From positions 100,750,001-100,814,000 of the forward strand of contig NC_043002.1 in assembly GCF_006345805.1 (NCBI RefSeq): DNA of 64,000 nt, written 5' to 3'. Positions 11,799 to 27,700 of this stretch are shown piece after piece (the stretch's first letter is position 1; every line of letters begins with the position of its first letter). A program made the position numbers and the translations under genes. A model generated the notes under the pieces. It ran no database searches, was not told the origin of the DNA, and saw only the letters and a program-made list of their open reading frames with translations. Origin of the DNA: Octopus sinensis (taxonomy: Eukaryota).

Positions 11799-12215
11799 AT
11801 TTTGTATGTATGTGTGTGTATGTATGTATGTATGTGTGTATGTGTGTATGTATGTATGTTTGTGTGTATGTATGTTTGTGTGTATGTATGTGTGTGTATG
11901 TATGTATGTATGTATGTATGTGTGTGTATGTGTACATGCACCCATGTATGTATGTATGTATGCACCTATATATGTAAGCATGTGTATGTATATGTATGTA
12001 TGATTGTACGTGTGTGTATGTATGCGTACGAATGTATGTTCGTATGCAAGCACTTATGCATGCATCTATGTATGTATGTATGTATGTATGTATGTATGTA
12101 TGTATGTATGTATGTACGTACGTACGTGCATGTATGTATGTATACACCTGTGTATGCATGTGTGTATGTACGTAAGCATGGTGCCCCATAGCTGCAGTCG
12201 AGTGAGGGAAAGAAT
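11250..12215 (+). mobile_element. Degenerate SINE family A whose internal microsatellite has expanded to about 830 bp of (TATG)/(TG)n
   Basis: gtgtcttccacaacagcctc...ggaatttggtcggcggaaact matches the family A centre. (TATG)n spans 11351-12180, followed by tail remnant ggtgccccatagctgcagtc. Confidence 0.6.
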
Positions 12216-12254
12216 ATGTATGTATAGTGCCCAGGGTAGCCGCACTCTATAAGT

Positions 12255-12459
<205 letters not shown>

Positions 12460-12595
12460 TGTATGTGTGTAAGAATATGTGTTTCTCTGTCGTCTCTCTA
12501 CATTTCTGTTTACTCCGATAAAAAACAAATCGGTGTTCTATACGTTGTATTCCTTTATATCCCGTGACATACAGGTTCCAGAAAGAGTGTGTAAA

Positions 12596-12826
12596 GGCGG
12601 TGAGCTGGCAGAAACGTTAGCACGTCGGGCGAAATGTTTAGCGGTATTTCGTCTGTCGCTACGTTGTGAGTTCAAATTCCGCCGAGGTCCACTTTGCCTT
12701 TCATCCTTTCGGGGTCGATTAAATAAGTACCAGTTACGCACTGGGGTCGATATAATCGACTTAATCCGTTTGTCTGTCCTTGTTTGTCTCTTCTGTGTTT
12801 AGCCCCTTGTGGGCAATAAAGAAATA
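12596..12826 (+). mobile_element. SINE family B, full length
   Basis: ggcggtgagctggcagaaacg, B-box gagttcaaattcc, central domain, and tail ...ccccttgtgggcaataaagaaata. Confidence 0.9.
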
Positions 12827-15069
12827 AAAAGAGGGTGTATAAAATATAAGTACCAGACTGAACTACGTACTGGGGTCCATATGAACAATTATAAAACTTT
12901 GAAGGCGGTGCCCCAGCGTGGCTGACACAGTCCCATTTGATCCAAGAACAGCGTACACTTATTCACATATTTACATTCAGACATTCAAGTAGTCGCGTGT
13001 ACGCACGGATATGCACACACGCACACACACACATAATTCTTCTTGAATATGCTCTAAAGTACACACAGCCATATATGTATGAACCTACGCGCACGTGCAC
13101 ACACGTATAATCTTAAAGAAAAGATCGAGAAATAAATTAATAAATAAATTATTGAAGAAAACGAAGAAAATGGGAAAGGAAGAGGGGGAGGAGGAGAAAT
13201 GATAATTCAATCATACAAATAAATAAGGGAGAGAATAAATCTTTCTCGAATACGAAAGAATAAAATACAAGTACGCATGCGTATATATGTGCTTATGCGC
13301 GTGTGTGTGTGTTTGTTTGTGGGTGTGTGTGCGAGCATAAAGAAGCTCTAACTCAATAAAATATATTATAAATGCAAAATAAAAATGTCAAAATACACAC
13401 ACACACACACACGCGCACATACATACATATAAGTACACGCACATATACACACACGTACGCACAAATACATATGCACACATAAATGCACATATACTCACAT
13501 ACATAAATATACATATATACACGCACACATACACATACACATATACACTCACGCACATATACACGTACACAATCGTACGCACATATGCACATAGAGACAC
13601 GGAGTGCGAATATGCATATGCACGCACATGCAATTATACATACACGCAAATATACATACACACACACACGCACATATGTATATACAGGCACGCACATATA
13701 CACATACACACATACACGCATGTGCTGCAAAGTCATTGCGTTGCAAATATAAAGATGGCACAAACAAAGAAAGAAATAATTGACGGCAATAAAACTAATA
13801 AAAGAAAAATAAATGCAATCTTAATAAAAATTCCTCATCGAAATTCTGTTAAATTCTTCAACTTGTTCGTGTCAAGAATCCTCTTATATTTTCATTTTGT
13901 AACGCATTATCATAAAACACTCTGGAGAAGGCGGCATAGAATTGTATAAATATTTTTTTATCTCCTTTAATAGTTTTTTTTTTTTTCCCCAGTTAAATTT
14001 TTTGTTATATTAAAAATTAAGAAAGGAAGGGGATAAAATAGAAGACTGTATTGTTTAGGGCCCCGCAAATGTATAAAAAAATATATCCCATATTTTGAAT
14101 ACGAGTGCCTAAATATGTCAGTGCGCATGTATATGTATGTGTACGTAGTTATGTATTACCGTTTGTTAATTATCAAATTTTTTCTTACTGAAAGGTTTCT
14201 ATCAGAGAAACAAAGCATCATCGTTGGATCTTAAGTAACAAAAAAGGTTAAGTGTTACATGTTGAACTTTAAGACAGTCTTGCATATTTTTACTGTTCCA
14301 CTTACATATGGTATATGCTATGCAAAGTGTATGTTTCTTGCTAGTTTCTTTTTCTTAAAAGTTCATCTCTCCGTTGTCGTGTTAAATATTTGCTAATATA
14401 ACCAAGTGCACCAAAAATTATGGGAATAATTTTGATGTTATATTCGGACTACATGTGTGCGTGTGTGTTGTATGTGTATTTTTTCTTATTCTTATGCCAC
14501 CTTCACTTCTTTAACTGTGGAGGATGTGCTAGAGCACCATCCTCGAGGGACTTTATTTCAATTACTAAATTGTTACATATTTGCCAAAGTTAGGACATAT
14601 AAAGGACTAAACAGACATCTCTGGGTTTTATACTGTTGTAAACGCGCATGCTCACACGGCATAGATGCTCACACGATATATATTTTAAGATTCTATCGTT
14701 TACCTCAGTTAATACTCTTGCGATTACTAGCTATCAAAGTGCATAGAAACGGACAGATTTCCTTAAAGGAAACTGCTTCATACAAACTGAAATTTCAGGG
14801 AGATGGTGTAAAAGTCCACGAATGGAGGTACACTTATTCCTTTATTACGTTCATTAAAACAATATATGGTCCGCTATCGCCGCCGATACTGCCAAATTAC
14901 ATGATTTCGACCTTCCTTGGCCTTGTTAATGACAGACGTCCCCGGTTTGACATAGCAGCTGATTTCCCCGTCAGCGATATATATAGAACCTCAGTATCCA
15001 TTCAGTCACTGGTGTTGCAAATAGCCAGTGGGCTTATTAAAAAATAACTAATAGCGGCAGTTTTAGTAC

Positions 15070-16105
15070 CAAATAACTAATAGAAGCAGTTTTAGTACCA
15101 AAAAATAACTGAACACATGACTAGTATTTATTTTATCAATCCCAGAAGGGCTAGAGTCAAAATTGGCCTCTGCGAGATTTGAAATCTCAGAACCTAAAGA
15201 AATGTATCTAAAAAGCCGTGAGACGTTTTATATGATGCGCTATAATTTCTGCAAATACATCGCCCTTAATATCTTTAATATTGGTCTCACATTTTTAACG
15301 TTCTGAGTTCAAAACGCCGCCAAGGTCGAGTTTCCCTTTCATTTCTTCGGAGTCGATAAATTAAGTACTTGGGTCGATGTAATCGACTTGGCCCCCTCCC
15401 CCAAAATTTCAGGCCTCGTGTCTGTAGTAGAAAGGAATATTTGTTTCAAATTTTGGCACAAGTCCAGTATTTTCAGGGGAGGAATAATCTGATTGGATCG
15501 ACCCCAGTGCTCAACTGGTACATATCTTATCGACCCTGAAGTGGTGAAAGGCAAAGTCCAACTTAGCGGCATTTGAACTTAGAACTAAATACAGACGAAA
15601 TGACGCTAAGTATTTTCTCCGGCGAGCTAACGATTCTGCCATCTCACCACCTTCTTAATAATTTTAATATTGGCTTCAAATTTTTGGCTCATTTGTGGGA
15701 GAGGGGTTAAGTCGATTACATCGACCCCGGTATTCAACCGGTACTTGTTTATCGACCTCTAAAGGACGAATGATAAAATCGACCTCGGCGGAATTTGAAC
15801 ACTGAACGTAAAGACATGAAATACTCCTGAGCAATTTGCCCGGCACAGTAGCGATTCTGCCAGCTCGCCACCGCCTTAATATTTTTCATATTGATTAAAG
15901 GGGTAAGGCGGTGAGTGGGCAGAATCGTTAACATGCTGGGCGGAATGCTTCGTGGCATTTCTTCCGTTTTTATATTTTGGGTTCAAATTCCGCCGAGGTC
16001 GACTTTACCTAAAATAAAATAAGTACCAGTTGAACTCCCGGGTCGATGTAATTGACTATCACCTTCCCCCAAAGGTTGCTGGCCTTGTTCTATAGTTTGA
16101 AACCA
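15070..16105. mobile_element. Cluster of five SINE family B copies in mixed orientation (-, +, -, -, +)
   Basis: About 15070-15260 (-, degenerate), 15290-15440 (+), 15460-15652 (-), 15670-15875 (-) and 15905-16105 (+). Each carries the central domain or its reverse complement. Confidence 0.75.
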
Positions 16106-17197
16106 GCACCAACAGATTGAATCAAGGGATAACCTTTCAACGTGGTGGGCGGTTTGATTCTTCGCCCTGTAACAACGTTTGTCGCCATGACGCTTATCAT
16201 TCAATAAACAAAAAAACTACCCAACACTAAATAATTACTGATGCGTGAAATCCCTCCCCATTATTAGCAACAAGGGAATGTTTAGTCAACAGGATAAGAT
16301 CGGACGTTGGGGAGGGTTTCCTTATAGAACCAAGATGCGAGCCTTTGTGTAATTACTTGATGCTAGACATAGCACTCACGTCTTCCTCAAATCTCACTGC
16401 AACGACTTCAAATAATAAAAAAAAAACCAAAGCAACAACTAAAGATGGCTGGAGGTGACAAAAGATATGTTAGAACAGGGCTGATCACTGGCCAAACAAT
16501 AGAAACGTGATTCATAGGTCTGCAATGCACGTTTCAATTGTTTCTGCATAAAAAAAAAAAAACAGAAAAGAGAAATGTTACATTCTGTAGGGGAAGTCCA
16601 GTGCTCAGAGTGTTGGGAAAAAATTATCTCGCCAACTTCTCAAGGCTTCCGAACAAGTGGAGATAAATAAACATCAAACACTTTATTTTTTCCTTTCGGA
16701 AAATGAAAGTAATACATGTAGTTATGGATAAAGATAAGGAAGGAACGTCAGTGAAAATAACCTCGTCTGATCGTCATCGACGGGGAACAAAGTAAACAAA
16801 CACGTGTGGTCTGTTTTATTAGGGCATAACAGCTGTATGCCTGCGCCTCTGGGTGCCTACTCAGGACGGCAATTAGCCAGACGATGTACGGATGTACTGT
16901 TGTTATGAAGTTGGTGTGCAAATGGAAGGAGACGGAGGCACGAAACCTCTTAGATAAACATACAAAGAGTGTGTATATAGGATTTACTTTGAAGCAGAAT
17001 GGCAACAGTTTGTTGATAGAGAATTCTACTACTTAGAATATTGTTGGTGCGAAGGGTATAGAACAGTGCGGGAGGAATTACAGGCCTACTACTAATCAAT
17101 AAGGGGAATTAAGCACTTGAATACACGGTCTATGGAGTGAAGAATACTGTTTCTTCTGTTTGGCCGTTACCACCTTCGTCACCATAATTCTTCTCTT

Positions 17198-17297
17198 NNN
17201 NNNNNNNNNNNNNNNNNNNNNNNNNNNNNNNNNNNNNNNNNNNNNNNNNNNNNNNNNNNNNNNNNNNNNNNNNNNNNNNNNNNNNNNNNNNNNNNNN
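17198..17297. other. Assembly gap (100 N)
   Basis: Run of exactly 100 N, likely an unsized gap, so spacing across it is unreliable. Confidence 0.99.
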
Positions 17298-18055
17298 CTA
17301 TATATATATAATGGAAGGTTTGGAGATGATGTACAGGTATTTTATATTCGAAGAAATGAGGTACTAATCGGATGGTTTATATTTACAGATATTTATTTGT
17401 ATATTACATTTTTTATACATCCTATAACTTAGATCATGTATTAGTTCTTTCTCCCATTCTAGTGGGGTTTTCAAATCAAACTAAGTTCCTGTGTGAAAAG
17501 TTTTGACCATTTTATAGTGGTATTGAGTCTGTAGTGGTGGGGAGGAATATAAGACAGTACAAGATGGTGATGGATGAGGAGAAAGTGAGAGAGAGAGCAT
17601 GTGTGTATTTGTGTGTGTGCGTACGTGTGTGTGTGTGTTTTTGTATTTGGAACGAGTGCTAAAGAAACAGGGGAAGGGAGGGGAAGAAGAAGAAAATAAT
17701 TTTTTTGCTCTGTTGGACAGGATGTTGACTCCAAGGGGGTCAAAGATCTTGGGGGAAAAGAATTTCAGTTTTGACCATTTTATAGTGTTATTGAGTGTGT
17801 GGTGGTGGGGAGGTAGACCATTAATTATATTTCTTTTTATCATTGAGAGAGAGAGAGAGAGAGAGTGTGTGTGCGTGTGTGTGTGTGTGTGTTTAATGAG
17901 GGATGGTCAAATATTTTTTGGGGGTTAAGAGAAGAGGAATTCTTTTTATGATTGTTTTGTGGAGGTGTGTGTTTGGGTGTCTGTGAGTTTGGAGAAAGGA
18001 AGAGAGGAGTAAAAAAAGGAGGAGGAAGGAGAAATATTTGTGTTGATATTTATAC

Positions 18056-18099
<44 letters not shown>

Positions 18100-19434
18100 T
18101 TCTAGCATAATGGATGTCCATGTAGTTGTCATCTCTCTTATATGTATGCAATATAATTTTTCTGAATCCTAAGATTTTAATATGCTAGACCACTGGTTTT
18201 AAATTGGTTTTAATGAAATTGATATTCAATTTTTCACCCTTATAATTTTAAATTTAAATTTATATATATATATATATATATGAGCTAATGAACTTATGTA
18301 GGCACGCGGCTAAATTTAAAATGTCGAATATAAATATACCATATGGATAGAGTATATATTTTGTATTTTTGATTTTTGAAATTTTGATTTTGACTCTTGA
18401 ACGATGAGCGCTACGATGGATTTTGTTTCCAAGCTATGCGGATCTTAATCCGTATAGCAAAGTCTTATGTTTCTACATATACATCAGGAAAAACCTTCAA
18501 CTTTGTTTTCATGTTATTGTATTGTATAGGATTACCTTGATTATTTATATTACCTTGATTATTTATAAATGATCCAAAATAGGGTGTTATATTTTATTTT
18601 ATTTGTCTTTCGTATATATTTTTATTAATGCACCCATTCTTTTTAAAAAAGCAATGTTTTTTTTAAAAAAGCAATGTTGTCAAAATTAGAATGTTGATGT
18701 AAGTATGTGTATAGCCGAGGATATGTATTTGTAAGCATGCGTATCTGTGTATGTGTAAGTGAGAGTATGTTTGTGCTTAAGCACACATATACACGACTAT
18801 GTGTATGTATCCATTCGAACTTGTGTTTATACTTGTCTCCATATATGCCAATAATGCCGTTACACAGCTTGTATACATAATTTTTTCTTATTTCGTTTTT
18901 TTCCCCACCCCTCTTCGTTCCTTTTTCTCTCTCTTCCTTTCTTTCGTTCCCCCCTTACTCAATATATGAGAATCGCTACATAGATCATTTTTAACTTGCG
19001 TGCGAGATGGTTTGCGTGAATATATGTACACATGCATTTATGTGTATATTTAGATTTATATTCATACGTCTGTATATGTATGGCGTTTGCGCGCATCCTT
19101 TTGTGTATGTTGATATATATATGCGCATTTTAATAAAAATATGTATTGCAGTGTAATATTTATAACAGGTTTAATTTCTATGAAATAATTTATACTTTCT
19201 TCATTAACGTCAATATGTATTTTATTCAATGTAAGGTTTTTTCCTCGGATTTTATAATTTTTTATAAGATTTTTTATATATATATACATATATTTTTTGA
19301 CCTTTTTGTTTATCGCTCGAAGATTGACCATTTTTTTTCTAAAGGGCCAATCAAACAAGTCCATTTCTTTTTAAAGGTGTAGCGTTTGTAAGAGTCTAGA
19401 TTGAATTGATATATCGGTTCCATTCTAGCAAAAA

Positions 19435-19472
19435 CTGTCTGATGAACGGCAACGAGAAACTCAGAGTAACAG
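19435..19472 (+). ncRNA. Type I hammerhead ribozyme motif
   Basis: CTGT-CTGATGA-A-CG(GCAA)CG-A-GAAA-CT(cag)AG-TA/ACAG. Helix I is CTGT:ACAG and helix II has a GNRA loop. (TA)n lies about 35 nt downstream. Confidence 0.65.
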
Positions 19473-20849
19473 ATTTTGTTGAATTTCCTGCTGCTTAAAA
19501 TAAAGTATATATATATATATATTTTATAATTATGAGTATAATTATTTTTGCTGAACCCTAATTATAATTATACTCATAATCATTAATTTTTTGTTTAAGT
19601 TTACCAATAATGGTTCTTTTAACATACCGAACTACTTGGTAGAATTATTAATTATTGATTAATTAATTAATTTCACCCTTTATTACTATTGATAATATAT
19701 ATATACTTGACTTAAGTTGAATCACCAAGTTAGTCCAGTATTATCCGCACACAGCTCGAAAGTGAATAAAATCAAAATAAGCAACAGGATATCAATTAGT
19801 GAATCAGTACGGCCGTTTCAAATGGATCCATTTATTTGAACAATGCAATCATTACATTAATTTAAATGCAGTGGCATATTCAACTCCACAAATACATAGT
19901 AAGACATTCATATAATTATTCTCAAATATTTTAACAGAGGAAGAAGATGGAAGAAATTGTAGCTAAGAATGAAGTACACTTCTAAGAATAGCATGTAGTC
20001 AAGTGGGGTCATTTATGTATTTATCATCTACTAAATCTAAGACTAGAAACTGTGTCTATTTTGAATAAAGGGCAACGGTGCGCTGACAGCTAATGGCTAG
20101 TTAAGGTCATAAATATTATCATATGTATCCCTTTTCCGGAGGGAGGAAATAAGACATTAGAAGTTGCAAGTTAAATATAAGTAACTGTCTATGAAAAGAG
20201 GCAGGGTAGTGGTAGACATTAAATTATGGTGTTAATTACCAGTTAAAGAGGTAAGACACTAGGAAAATTAAGATCTTAATACAGAGGAAATTATATTTTG
20301 GGACACTATGGATGATTGGTTATATACAATATTGTTATGTTGTATAAAAATAAATTTCAGAATTTCAAAAATGATATCATAAATGAAATTGGTAAAGGGT
20401 GTGTATATATGAATTCTAAACATTAGAACGGAAAGATTACGTAGAATCAGTTTAATATTCATTCATGTACTTAATTAATTTCTTATTAGGTGGTTTCTAT
20501 AAAGACCGCTCAGGGCATTTACCTATCGAATAACTGGACAAATATACATGCTATCTATTAATTTTAAACTATGAATCAGAAAAATAGTGAAGATGCATAC
20601 ATATTCGCACACATTTATATATGTGTATATATGCATATATACACGTACATAAATATCTATACGTTTATATGGATATAGTATAACCATCTTGCATGAACTT
20701 AAGTAACTGAAAAATATATATTTAAGAACAAGAAAAATAACAATTTATAGGTGATAAGAGGTTAATAAGTAAGGATCTCAAAATATGAAAACAAAATAAG
20801 AATTTATAGAAAATAATAGAAAGCCATATAACATACATATAAAGAGTAT

Positions 20850-21130
20850 TAAGATTAGAGATAGAGAAGAGATAAAGGTAACCCGAAAATAGGGGGTAAT
20901 AGGCATTGAAGTAGTGAGGGCAATTAAAGGTATTCAGACCGAAGAGATTATATAAGTTGTAATGTTACAGATGCTATTGAGTGTATGATTTTGTAGTCTC
21001 TAAGATGTATATGATTTAGTCGAAAGGTGACGTACATGAAGTCACTGCAAATATACGTAATATGAACAGAAGGGCAGAACATCATAGAAAGAAAAATACT
21101 GTGATAGGCAGGGTCTATCATGGGGTAGTA
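20850..21130 (-). mobile_element. Possible highly decayed PLE GIY-YIG region
   Basis: Weak minus-strand translation ICSDFMY...YKIIHSI...LI resembling the Cys linker and GIY region. Very degenerate. Confidence 0.25.
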
Positions 21131-21410
21131 TTATATATAGCATACCACATATCATCATTCCTATCGTTGTTGTTATTATTATTATTATAATTATTATTAC
21201 TATTACTATTACTATAATCTGTGTTATTATTGTTGTTATTATTTATATTTCCTTCAAAATGCATTGTGTCAGAAATACTTGTGCTAGTATAAACTTCGAA
21301 GTCACCGTCTATATTGTACATATTATATATGTTAGGACTGTTTTTTCTAATTCCCACACTTACATTAATATTATTATCATTTTAGCGGTTTAAACTAGTG
21401 TTGACAACAC

Positions 21411-21458
<48 letters not shown>

Positions 21459-21483
21459 GATTAATATTATTATTATTATTATT

Positions 21484-22973
21484 CAGTAGTTTTATTTTTA
21501 TAGCGTGCTTTCACTACACTACCGAGCGCAGCTCTGTGTGCCTTGGGTATGTGCTGTGATTTGTTGTGATGCTCTGATGGTTATTGTATGGAAAGTGTTC
21601 TGCGTAGGATGTGTGCAGTGCCTAGTAGTGCAATTTTCTGTATGTTATATGTGTTTGTAAGTCCTGGTGTTTTTATTATGTATTTGTCTGAATATTTTTT
21701 TATCATGCCTAATGCACCTACTATGATAGGAATTGTTTCTGTTTTCAGGTTCCACATTCTAGTTATCTCTATTTCCAGGTCTTTGTATTTTGAGAGTTTC
21801 TCCATTTCTTTTAGAGACACGTTGTCATCTGCCGGTATTGATACATCAATTAGAAAGCATTTTTTTCTTCATGATCTCTGACAACTATATCTGGTCTGTT
21901 GCCTTAATTTCTCTATCTGTGTGTATCGGCATATCCCAGAGTATGGTTGCTTTCTCGTTTTCTGTGACCTTTTCTGGTGTGTGCCTATACCATCGTTTTT
22001 CTGTTGTTATTCCATAATGTTGGCATAGCTTCCAATGTATGTAGGTTCCATCTCTGTCATGTCTGTGAATATATTCCTTCTTAGCCAGGACTGGGCAGCT
22101 AGAGATAATATGATTTATTGTTTCTTGTCCATCTCCACATATTCTGCAGTTACTTGTAATATTTCTTTTCATTACATGTTTTTGGTAATTTCTGGTGGGG
22201 AGGTTTTGGTCTTGTGCTGCAATTAAAAATCCCTCTGTTTCTGCTTTGAGTCCTGAGCTTCTCAACCATTGCTGGGATTTTTCTTTGTCTATTTCTTTTG
22301 CGTTTAGTTTAGTCCAGTATTTACCATGAAGGGGCTTTTCTTGCCATCGTTTTATCATGGTTCGTTGCTGTTCTATTTTTAGTTTGGATTTCATTTGTTT
22401 TATAGCTTTTGTTGTTTCTTCATCATCTTCTTCTCCTTCTTTGTGTTTATTAGGTGGTATGATTTCTTGTTTATATTTATCAGCTTCCTTAAATACTGAG
22501 AACAGTTTTTTGTTTTGCTCGTGTTTTGCTGCTATCTGGATCAGTTTTCCTTCCTTCTGAAGTAGGTATTTTTGCAGTCCTATGGTGGTTATTTTATAGT
22601 AGTTATCCAGCTGTATAAGGCCTCTACCACCTTCTATACGTTGTATATATAGTCTTTCTATGTCAGATTTTGGGTGATGCATCCTAGATCCTGTCAGTAT
22701 TTTTCTTGTTTTCCTATCTATTTTGGTCAGTTCATTTAGTGTCCAGTTAAGGATATTGTAGCTGTAACTTATAACTGGGACAGCTAAAGTGTTGATACCT
22801 ATTATCTTGTTTTTAACATTGAGCTCTGTTTTTAGTATTGATCTAACTCGTGTATAATATTCTTTTTTTTATTTTCTCTTTCATTTGTGTGTGTTGTGTC
22901 TTATCTAGTTCATGGATTCCTAAGTATTTGTAAGTTTGGTTTGGTCTAATTCTTTTATTTCATTGGTTTTAAC
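21484..22973 (-). mobile_element. R4/Dong-like RLE LINE, 5'-truncated copy 2 (about 1.5 kb)
   Basis: ORF 21885-22682 with GGRGLIQL, WQEKPLHG, KAETEGFLIAAQDQ, CRICGDGQETINHIISSCPVLA (CCHC) and HRHD, plus RLE C-terminus at 21581-21820. (TAA)n on both sides. Confidence 0.93.
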
Positions 22974-24863
<1,890 letters not shown>

Positions 24864-24885
24864 ATTATTATTATTATTATTATTA

Positions 24886-24934
<49 letters not shown>

Positions 24935-24964
24935 CATTATTATTATTATTATTATTATTAACTC

Positions 24965-25250
24965 TGTTTAACCTGGCTATGATGGTACCTATATTGAGGA
25001 GGATAGAATACAATATTCTAACTGTCTTACGGGAAAATATTCTATTATATCTATAGGAAACAGGGAAGTTTTTTTTTCCAAAATTTCCATAAATTCCTTA
25101 TATATGTTGGTGGATATGGCACAGTTGAATGGAACATTAAACCAGACCAAATCCTTATTTTCAGTTCTCTTTCGTATATAAAGACCGAATCTACTTCCTC
25201 TTTCACCACCTTCCAAACTCGTGACTTGATTATTAGGTTTGGCTATACTA
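24965..25250 (-). mobile_element. Penelope-like element fragment (RT-EN linker)
   Basis: IRKRTENKDLVWFNVPFNCAISTNIYKEFMEILEK matches the PLE linker 'WFNPPF..TNI..FL' and the WYTPTF region of the PLE at 49850-51600. Confidence 0.6.
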
Positions 25251-25611
25251 TCAGAATTTTTCTTATCATTAGATGGTGGCATAATCCGCTCAACCGCCTC
25301 ACTACAATTATTATACAAACTATTATTCCTACTCGTTATAGTATCTAATTTGTAATTGTTACTTATCTCATTATTTAAATTGATGGGTTTGGCGGATGCT
25401 TTCATAGTAGATCTGTTTCCCCGACCAAGTAAGCCTGTATTCTCCCTCTAATTATTTATATTATTAGTAGGCGTTATATTTTCTGTGTTAAAAAATTAAT
25501 TCTATGGTTGTATCATGCCTTAGACAAAACAATATAATGATTACATTGCTGAATTAAATGGAGCCGCTTGGAACGGTCGTACTGCATCACTACTTGATAT
25601 CTTGTTGCTTA

Positions 25612-25664
<53 letters not shown>

Positions 25665-26089
25665 GATAGATATATACATAGATAGGTAGGACATATTCAC
25701 ACCCAAAAACAGAAAATACAATTATTTTAGATTTAGACCATATATTTTGTTCTTTACCAATAAAATAAGATCAACAAACTTCCAGATAACTTTATATTAG
25801 ACACGTTTCCAAATTTATGTACTACATGAACACATTGACGAAAAAATTCAATTTTTTAAATCATATCTGAGTTATAAAGCAAAACAAACATTTAAATATT
25901 TCATACGAATTCCATTAAAAAATAAGATAATTTTAGAAGTTCACTTACGTATACGAAAAGGACAAAGCTGTGAAGAAATTTAAAAGAATGAAGACTGCGA
26001 ACACAATGAGTATCTATAACTGAATGTAAGACCTTCAATACTAATAAACAGCTGCTGACAATATATCTCAGTGCCAAACCTGAAGTGGA

Positions 26090-26470
26090 TAAGAATGACA
26101 ATTTATAAAATACTTGCTGAGAACTAAAGATATTTTATGGCTCGTAGAGAAGTGAAAACAACGGTTTCTTCTTCTGCACCTGAAGTTAATAAAGTGAATA
26201 AATAAAGGGTGCCCCGATCCACACGACAGAAAAGATAATATCGTAGAGTGATTGATCGATAGATAGACAGATATGCACATATATACATCTACGTCGGGTT
26301 TTTGACGTCACGTGGTTCAAGAGCTTTAATTTTCTTGCTCATTCAGTTTTTTAAAACCTTACATTTCAAATAAATAATGTCAGACACAAGGGTATCACAG
26401 CAATTGAAAGGGTACGCTGTAATCGCTGCCTTAAAAGCGCAGAACAGTTATACGGAGATAGCTCAAACGT
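26090..26470 (+). mobile_element. 5' end of a Tc1/mariner-like element; inverted homologue at about 55440-55850
   Basis: MSDTRVSQQLKGYAVIAALKAQNSYTEIAQ resembles a Tc1/maT N-terminal HTH. Reverse-complement similarity to 55440-55850 (ttttaaggcaacgatt, gaaaattaaagct, ctctacgagccataaaata). Confidence 0.5.
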
Positions 26471-26799
26471 AGAAAGTTTCTCTTTATTTACTTATTTATT
26501 TATTTATCTATTTAAGATCTAGTGGTGAGTGCCTATCGTCGATGTACGGGGAATGTTAGCTCCTTCACTGAACGACATGATCTAAACAGCTTCTTCTTCG
26601 GTACACTGACGGTGCTCATAGAAACATGCTTTTTACGGATAAGAAAATATCCACCGTAGAAGAAAGTTACAACCAACAATATTGGGAAGTTTCTTAGTTT
26701 GAAGAAGAAGAAATAACATTATTGATTAGGTGAAGGAGACATAACAATATTATTAAGAAGAGGAAATAACATTATTTTTGTATTTGTTTTTGAGCAGCG

Positions 26800-27700
26800 A
26801 AGGAGTTTTACACTCTTTTATCATAAAGAATCTCTACTCAGTTACTGACATTGAGTGTCCTAGGATAAAGAACGCTATAATTTGGCCACAGTTACCGCCC
26901 TTCGCTGTCTCCTACAGAGGAAACCTTACAAGTTAGACACACAGTTAAGAGTCCGTTAGAATAAATGCTCAACAGAAATGTTTTACGCTTTTTATCATAA
27001 GCGACAATTCCTTCTTCACGGTGACTGCAGTGAATATGTCGTTGGATTGTCTCTTATGTTGGACCTAATCGAAATTTTAATTGACTTTTTCACCAATATT
27101 CTTTCTTTTTATTGCAGTGTTTATACCAGTATTTCATGTTTATGCAGTTGCAAATACCTACTAGTTCTGGTATGCCATTGATGTATACGACGGCGTAATC
27201 ATTCCTGCCTATAGCATAGTACATAATCTTAGGAATAATATCTTGCTTCAGGAATAATATCTTGCTTCTTGTAGTATCTCGTAGATAATATGCGACAGCT
27301 GCATTGGTATAGCAGAGCCGACATTTTCAGTCACAATATTGCGGTTTGGTGGTATTTTTGTCACTCTTTTTGTTATGAGCTATTTAGTAGCAATCTCATG
27401 TTCTTGGCTAATAAAAACATATCTTTCTATGTGGGATTTGTCACAGGTGAAAGAGAGGCTGCTTTTACTGCTTATACTTTTGTTATCCTTTAGCTTAAAG
27501 GATATGTACCCATGCATTGCATTTTGGTGGTATGATGCCTGCTCCCACTCCAGGCTTGTGTAGGTTAATCCAGTCTCCGTTGGTTCGCGTGTGACGTATT
27601 TTCAGAATACCTGCACAGTAATTCTTCTCGAACTCTGAAGATGAAGTTCCTCTCATTTTCATTATGCATGGAATGTTTTCATTTATTTCTTTATTGCTCA
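26800..27700 (-). mobile_element. Possible decayed piggyBac-like transposase
   Basis: Weak minus-strand motifs KDNKS and a C-terminal RRNC...CLTCKV(SL)C Cys-rich end. Heavily interrupted. Confidence 0.25.

Noticed and set aside
14457-15047. 196-aa ORF, the longest non-repeat ORF in the track
   Set aside because: It begins in a (TG) tract with a non-ATG-like context, has no recognisable motif or codon pattern, and no convincing splice sites were found.
16575-16665. Short Cys-containing frame GEVQCSECWEK after tgtag
   Set aside because: It has no polypyrimidine tract, reaches a stop after 27 codons, and its similarity to the 42766 exon is limited to CSxC.
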